Source of the DNA: a bacterium
GTDB lineage: Bacteria; UBA10199; 2-02-FULL-50-16; JAJFLM01
Length of the DNA: 64,000 nucleotides
Direction of reading: 5' to 3'
Assembly: GCA_965216315.1 (NCBI GenBank)
Contig: CBDCFN010000016.1
Span: 1,536,001-1,600,000, forward strand
Shown here: piece by piece, positions 9,335 to 18,426 of the stretch
How the letters are laid out: each line of letters opens with the position of its first letter
How positions within the stretch are numbered: the stretch's first letter is position 1
Position numbers and translations under genes: made by a program
Notes under the pieces: generated by a model
Databases searched by the model: none
Told to the model about the DNA's origin: nothing
What the model saw: only the letters and a program-made list of their open reading frames with translations

Positions 9335-11215
9335 CTAGGTCAACCCGGTATCGGCCTGACGTCCCGCTATTTTTTCCATCTCACGAATGATGGCTGAATT
9401 TAGCTGAAGAATATCGTAATTGGAACGATCGGGGAAATCCTCTGCTCTTATTAATGACTCCGGTGGCAAATAACCGGCAAGTGCCACAAAGCCATCTTCT
9501 TCACCAATTCGAGCCAGATGAAAATTATTATCAGAACTAAAGAAACCACCCAATGAACGAGGAATATCCTGAACGGGGACACCCCCACGGTGGAGGTTGT
9601 TGGCAAAGATATGGATGCCGGAATTAATATTCATGGCCAGCTTGGCATGCATTCCGGTCATGTCACGCGACGGGATATAGGCACCCGGCATATGAAGGGC
9701 ACCAGGATGATTGAGATCCATATAAGGTCCGACCAAGGGATACTCAATCGCCCGCGTTCCAGTCCCAAACATGGCCAACATCATCCCCTCTTTGACACGG
9801 GCCTCCATGGCCTCATAAACTTCGTTCATGATTCTTTCTCGCTCTTCGTCGTTCGCATCCTTAGGCGGACGCTTCAGATAAACGCCTCTCATGTGTAAAT
9901 ACCCTGCCATCGCCGGAATCGCCTTAAACGCCTCTTCTGCGAGAATTGAAGCCGGATTCATCCCCAACAGATAGAGACCACCGATAAGTCCGGCATAATC
10001 CATAGCACCGGTATGCGACCAATGAGAAATGCTTCCCTGACGAACGGTATTCTCCCCTTGAATAAAAGTAGAAAGTCCATCCATAAGTCCCGCCTCAATG
10101 GGACGATGATGTCCAAACAGAGGCGCATTCGCTCGATGCACGATGCGAAACGATCCATACTGCCAACTAAGCAGGTTAAGAGCGAATTGAGTTGCGGCAG
10201 CATAATCAAGGTCTTCCATCGGAAGTTTTCCTGCTTTGGCTTTTTTCACTAAGTCCCGGACGTTCCATACGATCTCTAGAAAGGGTTCCAATGCGGTCAT
10301 CCCATTAGGACCCTGATCAATGAGCTTGGCCTGCGTCTTGATATGAAATGTCAGGGGCGCCCCGAGGGCTTCAATGCCATTATGCCCTATCTTGCGATAA
10401 ATTTTCTGCACGGTCTGATGGAGATCCCGCAGGGCCACTAAGGCCTTTTCTTCCGTTTTCTTGCGCCGATTTTCGCGACAGCCGGGATCATCTTGGCTCA
10501 TGCGCCGATCATATTCGATATACTCCGACATGCTCGTTTCATAAGTACGAAGCGCTGCCTCAAACTTTTTTATCTGTCCCTTTGACGGCGATCGCGTCCC
10601 CTCCTCGGCAACCGCCATGAGATCGCGATAACCGGCAAGTTGCCAGCGAAGTTCCACTTCCTCCGCTTGAACGAGTAATTCCTTTTCTCGTTTCCAGCGA
10701 TCCCAAGCCCTATCCCCAATCCGCAAATTGCGTTCATGGAGATTGGCATCCTGGTAATTCCCCTCCCAGTCCTCAAGCATCTCGCGCCAAAGATCACGAC
10801 TGGCATCATTGATAGCAATCAACTCCTGCTTGGCGGCTTCATACGCTTGACGCCCTTTTGACGAGTGAAGTTCCATACGATTCCTCACCTGATCAGCTGC
10901 CCATGCCAGGCGATCCGAATGAAAGCTGGCATGAGATGAACGAAGAGCCTCCTCTTGGCCGGGAGATGGAAGCTGTTGATAATTAAACCGACTTGAAATG
11001 CGCTCTCGATCAAGAACATACAAAGACGTGCCCCGAGCTTCTACGAATGGCGTAATCCCCGCCAAGAAGCGCCGCGCAATATACCCCCCCATGCTATTGG
11101 AATTCTGACCTGCCCAGGTCTGGGCTTGAGGTGACATGGCGGTCAAGGGACCCGCACTCGAAGCCAAGAGTGCGGAACTTCCCATTGAAATTGTTGAAAA
11201 CGCTGAAAGTGTCAT
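9335..11215 (-). CDS. Divergent LPLAT-like acyltransferase with helical N-terminal region and LLASS leader
   Basis: WSHTGAMD (HX4D), GVYLKR, MFGTGTR (block III-like). Confidence 0.65.
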   Translation of the reverse strand: MTLSAFSTISMGSSALLASSAGPLTAMSPQAQTWAGQNSNSMGGYIARRFLAGITPFVEARGTSLYVLDRERISSRFNYQQLPSPGQEEALRSSHASFHSDRLAWAADQVRNRMELHSSKGRQAYEAAKQELIAINDASRDLWREMLEDWEGNYQDANLHERNLRIGDRAWDRWKREKELLVQAEEVELRWQLAGYRDLMAVAEEGTRSPSKGQIKKFEAALRTYETSMSEYIEYDRRMSQDDPGCRENRRKKTEEKALVALRDLHQTVQKIYRKIGHNGIEALGAPLTFHIKTQAKLIDQGPNGMTALEPFLEIVWNVRDLVKKAKAGKLPMEDLDYAAATQFALNLLSWQYGSFRIVHRANAPLFGHHRPIEAGLMDGLSTFIQGENTVRQGSISHWSHTGAMDYAGLIGGLYLLGMNPASILAEEAFKAIPAMAGYLHMRGVYLKRPPKDANDEERERIMNEVYEAMEARVKEGMMLAMFGTGTRAIEYPLVGPYMDLNHPGALHMPGAYIPSRDMTGMHAKLAMNINSGIHIFANNLHRGGVPVQDIPRSLGGFFSSDNNFHLARIGEEDGFVALAGYLPPESLIRAEDFPDRSNYDILQLNSAIIREMEKIAGRQADTGLT

Positions 11216-11300
11216 CTTACCTAACGATCATAATTATCTGGAATTACTGGATAATTTCTTATCCATCATGCACCATATAGGACGCAAGCGTCACGGCTGT

Positions 11301-11327
11301 TCTTCGGCCCTAGCGGGCTAAAGTTGT
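11301..11327 (-). promoter_or_regulatory. Putative sigma28-like promoter, copy 4
   Basis: Minus strand ACAAC-tttagcccgctagg-GCCGAAGA, close in sequence to copy 1. Confidence 0.7.
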
Positions 11328-11390
11328 GTTAAATTCCCGTGAAAATGACGCATTGCAAAACTCACGCTCGCTCCTTAAAAGAAGCTGCAG

Positions 11391-12629
11391 ATGTATATTC
11401 AAGCCGAGTGGATTATCCCGATCAGCGCCCCACCCATCCAGAATGGCTGGATCCGGGTCGAAAATGGCCTCATTATGGATATCGGGGAGGAATCTTCCCG
11501 CCCAACAACGCTCGATGAGCCCCTACAGAACCTGGGAGCGGTCGCCGTATTTCCCGGCCTCATCAATGCCCATTGTCACCTTGAATTTGGCCGCCAGGAC
11601 CATCCACGCGATTCTTTTGCCGCCTGGGCCCAGTCCGTTCAGCAGAGTCAGCAGCGAGATTCATTTGAGGAAATGACGGAACGTTGGAACCAGAACGTCA
11701 GGCGCTTGATCGCAACGGGGACGACGACGGTGGCAAATCATTGTAATCGAATGCCTGACATTGGACGGGTCCTGTCCTCTCGAAAAACTTTTGACCCGCG
11801 GCACGGCGGCCGCTCTCAAAAGTCTTCCTCGGGCCACCCGTCACAACTACCGCACATGATCCACATTTGCGAAATCGTCGGGAGTGATCCGACACGCGCG
11901 GCGGAATCTTATCGCAATACCTGCGCTCAACAACTCGAAATACTCAATGAGCAAGGCCAGGCCACAATATCTCCCACGAGTCTCTATGCGGTCGCGCCGC
12001 AAGTTCTCGAAGACTTCTTCAAAAATCGCGACCCTGATTCGTTAGTCTCCGTTCATCTCAAGGAGAGTCACGAGGAAAACGATCTATTCAAAGACAAGCG
12101 GGGCGCCCTCGCCCAGCTGGTGAAAGTCAAAGGCGGCGATCTTTGGCTGACAGACCCTATGACTTGGCTCCGGGAAAAAAATCGCCTTGGTCCCAGTACC
12201 TTGATTATACACGGTAATTACCTCAGCGATTCTGACGTCGGCACCTTGCAAGGGACCGGGGCCAGTGTTATACACTGCCCCGGCAGCCATGCTTATTTCG
12301 GGCATCAGCGCTTTCCCTTGGAGGCGCTTCAAAATAAGAACATCAATATTGCGCTCGGAACCGACAGTCTGGCCAGCAATGATGATCTGAGCATGCTTAA
12401 CGAATTGCGCCGCGTCCGGGATCAGTACTCTGGGCTCTCATTAGAAGAAATTGTTCGCATGGCAACGATCAATGGGGCTGAGGCACTCGGTATCGCTGAT
12501 GAGCGCGGGAGTATTGAAACGGGAAAAAGTGCCGACTTGATCGCAGTCCCGTGCTCGGTGGAAGATCCGTATGAAGCGCTCTTTAACGCGGAGACAACGA
12601 CGCTGACAATGATTGCAGGAACAGCATGA
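11391..12629 (+). CDS. Amidohydrolase family protein, probably aminodeoxyfutalosine deaminase-like
   Basis: PGLINAHCHLE, VHLKES, IHGNYL, HCPGSH, LGTDSLASN, GKSADL; first gene of a menaquinone operon. Confidence 0.8.
   Translation: MYIQAEWIIPISAPPIQNGWIRVENGLIMDIGEESSRPTTLDEPLQNLGAVAVFPGLINAHCHLEFGRQDHPRDSFAAWAQSVQQSQQRDSFEEMTERWNQNVRRLIATGTTTVANHCNRMPDIGRVLSSRKTFDPRHGGRSQKSSSGHPSQLPHMIHICEIVGSDPTRAAESYRNTCAQQLEILNEQGQATISPTSLYAVAPQVLEDFFKNRDPDSLVSVHLKESHEENDLFKDKRGALAQLVKVKGGDLWLTDPMTWLREKNRLGPSTLIIHGNYLSDSDVGTLQGTGASVIHCPGSHAYFGHQRFPLEALQNKNINIALGTDSLASNDDLSMLNELRRVRDQYSGLSLEEIVRMATINGAEALGIADERGSIETGKSADLIAVPCSVEDPYEALFNAETTTLTMIAGTA
11764..11842. repeat. Imperfect palindromic element in-frame within the amidohydrolase
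   Basis: Nested arms GACGGGT/ACCCGTC, ACTTTTGA/TCAAAAGT, GCGGC/GCCGC. Confidence 0.65.
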
Positions 12630-13312
12630 TGAGTGAAGATATTCAAAAAATGTTCAGCTCGATTGCCCCGCGTTATGACCGACTGAATCACGTCTTGTCA
12701 TTTCAAATCGATCGGCTCTGGCGCAAAGAGGCCATCGCCGAACTCAATCATTGCCACAATGTCCTCGACCTGTGTGCAGGAACATTGGACCTTTCCATCA
12801 TGCTCGCCAAGCAATCGCCTAAAGTTCATATCGATGCCGTCGATTTCTCGGCCGAAATGTTGCGCCACGGGGAACTAAAACTAGATGACACTATGCGTAC
12901 CCGCATTCGCACCTATTGTGCGGATATCCAAAAACTCCCGTTCAAAGACGACACGTACGATGGTGCGATGGTTGCCTACGGCATGCGCAATGTCGACGAC
13001 AACCAGCGCGCCTTGACCGAAATCCTTCGTGTTATCAAACCCGGCGGCAAACTTGTCGTTCTGGAATTTTTCAAACCCAATCGACTCGCGGCGCGAATCT
13101 TTCACGCGACGTATGGCCGCTTTGTCATTCCCTGCCTCGGCGGTCTTATCAGCGGCAACCGTCAGGCCTATCGCTACCTGCGTGATTCCATTCGCGGCTT
13201 TCACACGACCGAAGAGTACGAATCCTTGATGCAGCGCTGTGGGTTTCGTGAGGTTACCTTTCGCCATCAGTGGGGGGGAGCCAGCACCCTGTTTATGGGG
13301 AAAAAACCATGA
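12626..13312 (+). CDS. menG: Demethylmenaquinone methyltransferase (UbiE/MenG)
   Basis: MFSSIAPRYDRLNHVLS, VLDLCAGT, YGMRNV, KPGGKLVVLEF, YRYLRDSI. Confidence 0.92.
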   Translation: MMSEDIQKMFSSIAPRYDRLNHVLSFQIDRLWRKEAIAELNHCHNVLDLCAGTLDLSIMLAKQSPKVHIDAVDFSAEMLRHGELKLDDTMRTRIRTYCADIQKLPFKDDTYDGAMVAYGMRNVDDNQRALTEILRVIKPGGKLVVLEFFKPNRLAARIFHATYGRFVIPCLGGLISGNRQAYRYLRDSIRGFHTTEEYESLMQRCGFREVTFRHQWGGASTLFMGKKP

Positions 13313-13866
13313 AGTTTGTCATCGCTGTTACCGGGGCCAGCGGCGCCCTCTACGCCATTCGCCTCCTCAATTTTTTAAGCACGACGCCCCATCATATCGA
13401 GCTGGCCGTCAGTCCCAACGCCGTTGAAATCGCCAAAGACGAATGCAATTTTGATTACTATCAGACAGATCTGCCCATTTATGGCCCTAAGGATTTTAAC
13501 GCCGCCTTTGCCAGCGGCTCGGCACATTTTGATGCGATGGCGATTGTCCCATGCAGCATGGGGACACTTGGGCGCATTGCGCACGGGTATTCCGAATCTC
13601 TCGTGACACGTGCCGCCGATGTCTTTCTTAAAGAAAAGCGACCGTTGATACTCGTGCCCAGAGAAACCCCCCTCAATCTGGTTCACATCGAGAACATGAG
13701 ACTCTTGGCGCAAGCAGGCGCGACAATCATCCCGGCGATCCCCTCTTTTTATTCAAAACCGGGCACGATTGAGGAGGCCGTTGATACCGTTGTCGCACGC
13801 ATACTCGACCAAATGGGCGTTGAAAATGAATTGAGACCACGCTATGGCAATCACCCGGAAGATTAA
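13309..13866 (+). CDS. ubiX: Flavin prenyltransferase UbiX
   Basis: VTGASGA, ASGS, PCSMGTL, RAADVFLKE, VPRETP; start moved to ATG 13309 (ATGA overlap). Confidence 0.93.
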   Translation: MKFVIAVTGASGALYAIRLLNFLSTTPHHIELAVSPNAVEIAKDECNFDYYQTDLPIYGPKDFNAAFASGSAHFDAMAIVPCSMGTLGRIAHGYSESLVTRAADVFLKEKRPLILVPRETPLNLVHIENMRLLAQAGATIIPAIPSFYSKPGTIEEAVDTVVARILDQMGVENELRPRYGNHPED

Positions 13867-14704
13867 ACAGACCTTTGAACTCATCCGCTTCTCTCACACG
13901 ATCTTCGCCCTTCCCTTCGCGTTGGCCAGTATGCTTGTAGCGGCCCAAGGACTTCCCTCTCTCCGTACCATTGGATTGATTCTGGCTTGCATGGTCTGTG
14001 CTCGAACTTCAGCGATGGCCTTCAATCGTTTTATCGATGCGGACATCGATGCGCGCAATCCACGCACTCAAAACCGTCACATTCCAAGTGGCCTCTTATC
14101 AAAGGCCTATGTATTGAGTCTCGCGATTGCCAGCGGAGCGACCTTCATCTTAGCAGCGTACTTCCTTAACTTTCTGGCGGCCATCCTGTCACCCTTGGCG
14201 CTCGCGATCATCTGGCTTTATTCGTTCACTAAACGCTGGACCTATTACACCCAACTTTTCCTCGGGTTATCCTTGGCGATCTCACCGATTGGGGCATGGA
14301 TTGCGGTCACCGGTCAGTTTGCCTGGCCACCCGTGCTATTGGGTGGGGCTGTCGCCTTTTGGGTCGCCGGCTTCGATATCTATTATGCCACCCAAGATCA
14401 TGATTTTGATCAAATGAATCACATCAAATCACTAGTCGTTAAGTTAGGCATTCCGGGGGCGTTACGCCTTGCCCGAATATTCCATGTCCTCACGGTTGGC
14501 TTACTCCTGGGTTTTTCATTCTATGTGCCGGCCCCAACGATCTATCTCTTGACCTGTACCGTCGTCGCCGGGCTCCTGATTTATGAACACAATCTGGTGA
14601 AGGCCGATGATCTGTCGCGAATTGATGCGGCTTTTTTTACGCTCAATGGATGGATTGGGATGCTTTTCTTGGTGGGAACCGCCACGTCCGTGTGGATGGC
14701 CTAG
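13844..14704 (+). CDS. ubiA: UbiA-family polyprenyltransferase (MqnP-like)
   Basis: FSHTIFALPFA, NRFIDADIDARNPRT, YSFTKR, GFDIYYATQD, AFFTLNG. Confidence 0.9.
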   Translation: MAITRKIKQTFELIRFSHTIFALPFALASMLVAAQGLPSLRTIGLILACMVCARTSAMAFNRFIDADIDARNPRTQNRHIPSGLLSKAYVLSLAIASGATFILAAYFLNFLAAILSPLALAIIWLYSFTKRWTYYTQLFLGLSLAISPIGAWIAVTGQFAWPPVLLGGAVAFWVAGFDIYYATQDHDFDQMNHIKSLVVKLGIPGALRLARIFHVLTVGLLLGFSFYVPAPTIYLLTCTVVAGLLIYEHNLVKADDLSRIDAAFFTLNGWIGMLFLVGTATSVWMA

Positions 14705-15222
14705 ATCACGATGTAGTCGCGGAATAGCTCTTTGTTCTGCCAAAACTCCCAAATAATGTCCCGCAACAGACTTCCGAAGGCGAAATACACGGCGGCGATC
14801 ATGACCGCTATTTGCAGACTCACCCCAAAACCGTTCAACACCGCCATGCGTGCCGGTATCACCGAACGCTTATAAGAAATGGTCACCTGTTCGTGGCTCG
14901 TATCCACATCCGCCGGCAGTCGCAGCCACGCCCACAACCCCATCAACAAACTCAACGGCGTCCCGATCAATACGAGGGGACCAAACCACGGACTTAAGAT
15001 GGACAGTATCCACGCCAACCAGGCCAACACGCTCGCGCGCTTTCCCGTCTCTTTGATCGAGAGATAACGAATGATGGCGCGGATATTGAGGATGAACAGG
15101 ACAACGATGATAACAAAGGTCGCGAGCGCGGCAAGAATCAGCGGCTCCGAGGATGGTGTCGTCGAAGCGAGCATCTTGGCCCATTTTTCGAGCAAGGCTG
15201 GGATGGGATTCGAGTCATTCAC
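14701..15222 (-). CDS. Hypothetical membrane protein
   Basis: About 4 hydrophobic helices; GTG start; TTTACA-N17-TATACC upstream. Confidence 0.65.
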   Translation of the reverse strand: MNDSNPIPALLEKWAKMLASTTPSSEPLILAALATFVIIVVLFILNIRAIIRYLSIKETGKRASVLAWLAWILSILSPWFGPLVLIGTPLSLLMGLWAWLRLPADVDTSHEQVTISYKRSVIPARMAVLNGFGVSLQIAVMIAAVYFAFGSLLRDIIWEFWQNKELFRDYIVI

Positions 15223-15286
15223 TGCTTTTGTGGGTATAGCAGGCTTGCATCAGCTTGTAAATGTAGGACATGGCGAATTCGTCAGA

Positions 15287-15967
15287 CTAGGAATCGAAAG
15301 GTTGCAGCACACCCTGATAGTCCTGTCCATCCCAGTACCAATCTTCCGTCCGCATTAAACACACGTTTGATAATACCCGTGGCCTGATCACGCCGGCGCA
15401 TTCTCCTCCTGTATCTCTTACACTACTATAGACCACCCCATTATCACCACTATCCCTAAGTCCCGCTCCAAACCGCTGAGACTCACTGTAATCAAGCGAT
15501 CGATAATAGCGTGGATATTTCTTTTGCTGCTTACGAAGATCAACAAACTCACCGGCAATTTTCCCGCAAATAACAAGATACGAGATCTTCCCCGCACCGA
15601 TCCCATAATCTCTATTGGATACTGTATGATGATAGACTACTTCCTTGACCGAAGTTTTATAGTCTTTGCTCGCATAATAAACGCCCCAACTGTCATTAAA
15701 CCGACTGCCTGTCCCATCATAAGTATAATGGGCATAGGCTCCTGATATATAGACTGATGATTGAATACTTGTTAAGTCAGCCGCATCAAAGTAAGGGTAT
15801 CGGTTCAAAATTTGCTTGCGAAGATTAAAAGAGCTCTCCAGATCACGTACCGCTGTCTGTTTCCTTGAATCCATTTTTTTGTAGAGTCTGTCAAAAGCGG
15901 AGCGGTCGTACCTGGTCCTAATAAGGCGAAAGCAATTTTCCCAGTTCAGCTTGGTTTTTTTAGTCAA
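15287..15967 (-). CDS. RES-domain toxin (NAD+ phosphorylase, MbcT/ParT-like)
   Basis: GSRFN..GVYYAS (R), KEVVYH (E), GVVYSSVR (S). Confidence 0.85.
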   Translation of the reverse strand: MTKKTKLNWENCFRLIRTRYDRSAFDRLYKKMDSRKQTAVRDLESSFNLRKQILNRYPYFDAADLTSIQSSVYISGAYAHYTYDGTGSRFNDSWGVYYASKDYKTSVKEVVYHHTVSNRDYGIGAGKISYLVICGKIAGEFVDLRKQQKKYPRYYRSLDYSESQRFGAGLRDSGDNGVVYSSVRDTGGECAGVIRPRVLSNVCLMRTEDWYWDGQDYQGVLQPFDS

Positions 15968-15968
15968 C

Positions 15969-16382
15969 TTAAATACTCCGAGCGCCTTCGAAGTACCTTC
16001 TAACCTCCAACAGATCGGGAATTGATCTACGCATCTTCTCTAATACCGTCATGCCCTCAAAGATAGGCGCGCTTAGCCTTCTACGAACAAGTCTGTCTGC
16101 ATCTTCCTCATTGGGCACAAGAAGTTCTATGTTCTTAAAAATGCCTAGGATGTGAGATAAGCGTTCACGCTTATCTTTATCCAACTTCAAATTTTCATTG
16201 TTCTGCCAATTGTATAAATTAGCTTTCTGCCGTTCCTCCAGGCCCAGCAGATCAAGCTTTTCAGCCACTGTTAGTCCCCACAGCTTTGCAATCTCTGCAA
16301 AGGCCAACATGCCCGCAGTAGACTGCTCTTCAATGCTAGTCGTTGCCCCCGCATCACCTGGGGATTGGTATTCCGGCTGCAT
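15969..16382 (-). CDS. Xre/MbcA/ParS-type antitoxin
   Basis: WGLTVAEKLDLLG, ERLSHILGIFK, APIFEG...LLEVRRYF; SD GGAGG before ATG 16382; abuts the RES gene. Confidence 0.85.
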   Translation of the reverse strand: MQPEYQSPGDAGATTSIEEQSTAGMLAFAEIAKLWGLTVAEKLDLLGLEERQKANLYNWQNNENLKLDKDKRERLSHILGIFKNIELLVPNEEDADRLVRRRLSAPIFEGMTVLEKMRRSIPDLLEVRRYFEGARSI

Positions 16383-16430
16383 AGGACCTCCTGAATGTCT
16401 AATATTATAATATATTCTTAATATAGTATA

Positions 16431-16457
16431 ATATCGGAAAATATACCAGAAAGTTGT
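16431..16457 (-). promoter_or_regulatory. Putative sigma28-like promoter, copy 5
   Basis: Minus strand ACAAC-tttctggtatattt-TCCGATAT upstream of the antitoxin. Confidence 0.55.
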
Positions 16458-16515
16458 CCCTTTAACTCCTCCCTTATTTAATGAATAATAACAGATAGTT
16501 AGAAAGGGGCCGCCC

Positions 16516-17253
16516 CTACTCTCCCGGCGTCGGCACCTCAATCCCGATAAAGTCCGTTTCATTATCATCCGTATCCAAGCCTGGCTCGGTTCGCGTTAGA
16601 CTCCACCCGCTTTCAACATCTAAGGCCGGCAACCCTTCGCCCACACTCAGACCGTCATCGGAGACATTCACGCCACCGGTCCCGTAAACGACGCTATCAA
16701 TCACACTATGATTGCGATCGATAAGTTGCACACCATCCGGGCCGTTCTGTGGATCGAAGTTATCAATGAAATTGTAATTACTAACCTGTGTCGTATCCAA
16801 TGCACCGGTCCGGCCATCCGCGATGACGAAAAATTCTGCATCACCAATCTCCGTCCCGGCAGGTAAATCGATCCGGTCCGTTATCTTGCCGTCTCCTCCA
16901 TTGACGAAGCGCACTCCATAGCCCTCTAAGTTGCCACCCACTTGGGCATAGAGCTCGACGAATAAAACGCCATCCGTGTCACTGCCGGGGACGTCATAAA
17001 GGATTTCATTCAGGACCAAGCCCTGCGGATCGATCAAGGGCTCCGCGGGTTCCGACCCAGCTCCCGTTGGAGTCGATCCGGCACCCTGCTCCGATGATTG
17101 CGACGCGGAGGCGTTATCAGGAGGACTCGTATTGGACGCTTCAGCGGTATTGGAATCATTCTGATTAGAAATATCCGCAATTTCAGGAAAGTTGGCGCAG
17201 GCACTACCTACAAACACCATAATAAATCCAACGACCACGTTGTTAACTTTCAT
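16516..17253 (-). CDS. Lipoprotein with lamin-tail (LTD)-like domain
   Basis: Lipobox VGSAC, Ser/Pro linker, LVLNEILYD...FVELY, IDSVVYG, SLTR, PTPG; SD AAGGAG before ATG 17253. Confidence 0.75.
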   Translation of the reverse strand: MKVNNVVVGFIMVFVGSACANFPEIADISNQNDSNTAEASNTSPPDNASASQSSEQGAGSTPTGAGSEPAEPLIDPQGLVLNEILYDVPGSDTDGVLFVELYAQVGGNLEGYGVRFVNGGDGKITDRIDLPAGTEIGDAEFFVIADGRTGALDTTQVSNYNFIDNFDPQNGPDGVQLIDRNHSVIDSVVYGTGGVNVSDDGLSVGEGLPALDVESGWSLTRTEPGLDTDDNETDFIGIEVPTPGE

Positions 17254-17848
17254 GTTGTTTCTCCTTATGCAACGAACGACCAAACCATCCCCCTGTATAG
17301 GCATCCAAACGAGCCGTTCTATCCCGAACAATCGTCTTGAGCTTGAGGCGCTCTTTAAAGGAAAGCCGTTGTGAACGAAGTGTTTCCAGTGCCGCTATCC
17401 TTTCAAAATAATGTTGCGTGACCTTGTCTAATAACTTGATCCGTTCCTCATGGCGTCGCCGCCTTTCTTGACTGACAAGAATGGAATCCCGACTAAAGAC
17501 CAGTTTATCGAGATACCAAACCGCGGTTACTTGAACCCGCGTCCCCGCATCGTAGTCACGATTGATATCCTGCTTGTCCGGACCTATCGTCACGTTTCCT
17601 CCACTGATCGACACACTATCCTTCAGGCTCACCTTTAAGGTCTCATCCAGGTCACGCTGCACGGAAACTCTTAACTGTGGAGTGAGTCCCTGCCACGGAA
17701 TACGTTTTTTCCAGGACCGTTCGACCTGATTCATCAGATCCGCTTGCAAGAGAACTTGGCGATGGACCTCAGCCACCGGTGGCGTCGCCGACGCGACGCG
17801 CGCAGCCATTGTGGCAAGCAACACCACTATAAAGAAGCGCCACGACAT
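17243..17848 (-). CDS. Secreted hypothetical protein (helical, possibly outer-membrane associated)
   Basis: Signal peptide MSWRFFIVVLLATMAARVASA; overlaps the lipoprotein start. Confidence 0.65.
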   Translation of the reverse strand: MSWRFFIVVLLATMAARVASATPPVAEVHRQVLLQADLMNQVERSWKKRIPWQGLTPQLRVSVQRDLDETLKVSLKDSVSISGGNVTIGPDKQDINRDYDAGTRVQVTAVWYLDKLVFSRDSILVSQERRRRHEERIKLLDKVTQHYFERIAALETLRSQRLSFKERLKLKTIVRDRTARLDAYTGGWFGRSLHKEKQHES

Positions 17849-17864
17849 ATGAGAGGATGATATA

Positions 17865-17880
17865 AGCAAAAAGCTTGCCA
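17865..17880 (-). promoter_or_regulatory. Sigma54 -24/-12 promoter
   Basis: Minus strand TGGCAAGCTTTTTGCT matches TGGCAC-N5-TTGCW with one mismatch. Confidence 0.75.
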
Positions 17881-17940
17881 ACTCGCACGTGGACGAGAGA
17901 ACGTTTATTCAGCTAAAGAATGAATGGGAGTAAGAATCGA

Positions 17941-17976
17941 GTCTCAATTTGCGACGGCGCCGTCCCGCATTGAGAC
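17941..17976. promoter_or_regulatory. Tandem upstream activator sites for a sigma54 enhancer-binding protein
   Basis: GTCTCAATTTGCGAC and GTCCCGCATTGAGAC, imperfect 15-bp palindromes 21 bp apart. Confidence 0.6.
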
Positions 17977-17985
17977 GCCATCCCC

Positions 17986-18426
17986 TTAGGCGAAACGTTG
18001 GCGGCGCGACCAATATATGAAGGCGAGGGAAATCGGAATTAAAAGGACTGTCAATATCGTCGCCCCCCCCCCTACCGCCGAGTCTGCCAATGCAGTTCCC
18101 GTGCCCGCCACAAACTGTTCATAGCTTCCGACGACGACATAGCGATCCAGAAGCGCCCAGATGAGAGCTCCCTCCGCAACCAACATGACAAGGATAAGCA
18201 AAGGAGGGTAAGCACGCGAAAATTTTGCGCCCTCAACCGTCAGACAAAAGCCAACGGCGTAGGCAAAAAAGTAAAGCACCAGCACATACCAAACCATCCA
18301 GGCCGGCAAGTCAGCCGCCCGAACATAGTACATCCACATCCAGTCCGGAGCTAAGAGGTACGAGTAGTAAACGATGACGACAAAGAGCGCCGTAATCAAC
18401 TTACCCGTAATGAACGCCCGCGTCAT
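17986..18426 (-). CDS. Hypothetical membrane protein (true 5' end probably near 18513)
   Basis: Multiple TM helices, PDWMWMY motif; frame continues upstream with a further TM helix. Confidence 0.7.
   Translation of the reverse strand: MTRAFITGKLITALFVVIVYYSYLLAPDWMWMYYVRAADLPAWMVWYVLVLYFFAYAVGFCLTVEGAKFSRAYPPLLILVMLVAEGALIWALLDRYVVVGSYEQFVAGTGTALADSAVGGGATILTVLLIPISLAFIYWSRRQRFA

Noticed and set aside
16383..16568. N-terminal extension of the antitoxin ORF
   Set aside because: Runs through an AT-rich promoter region; strong GGAGG supports ATG 16382
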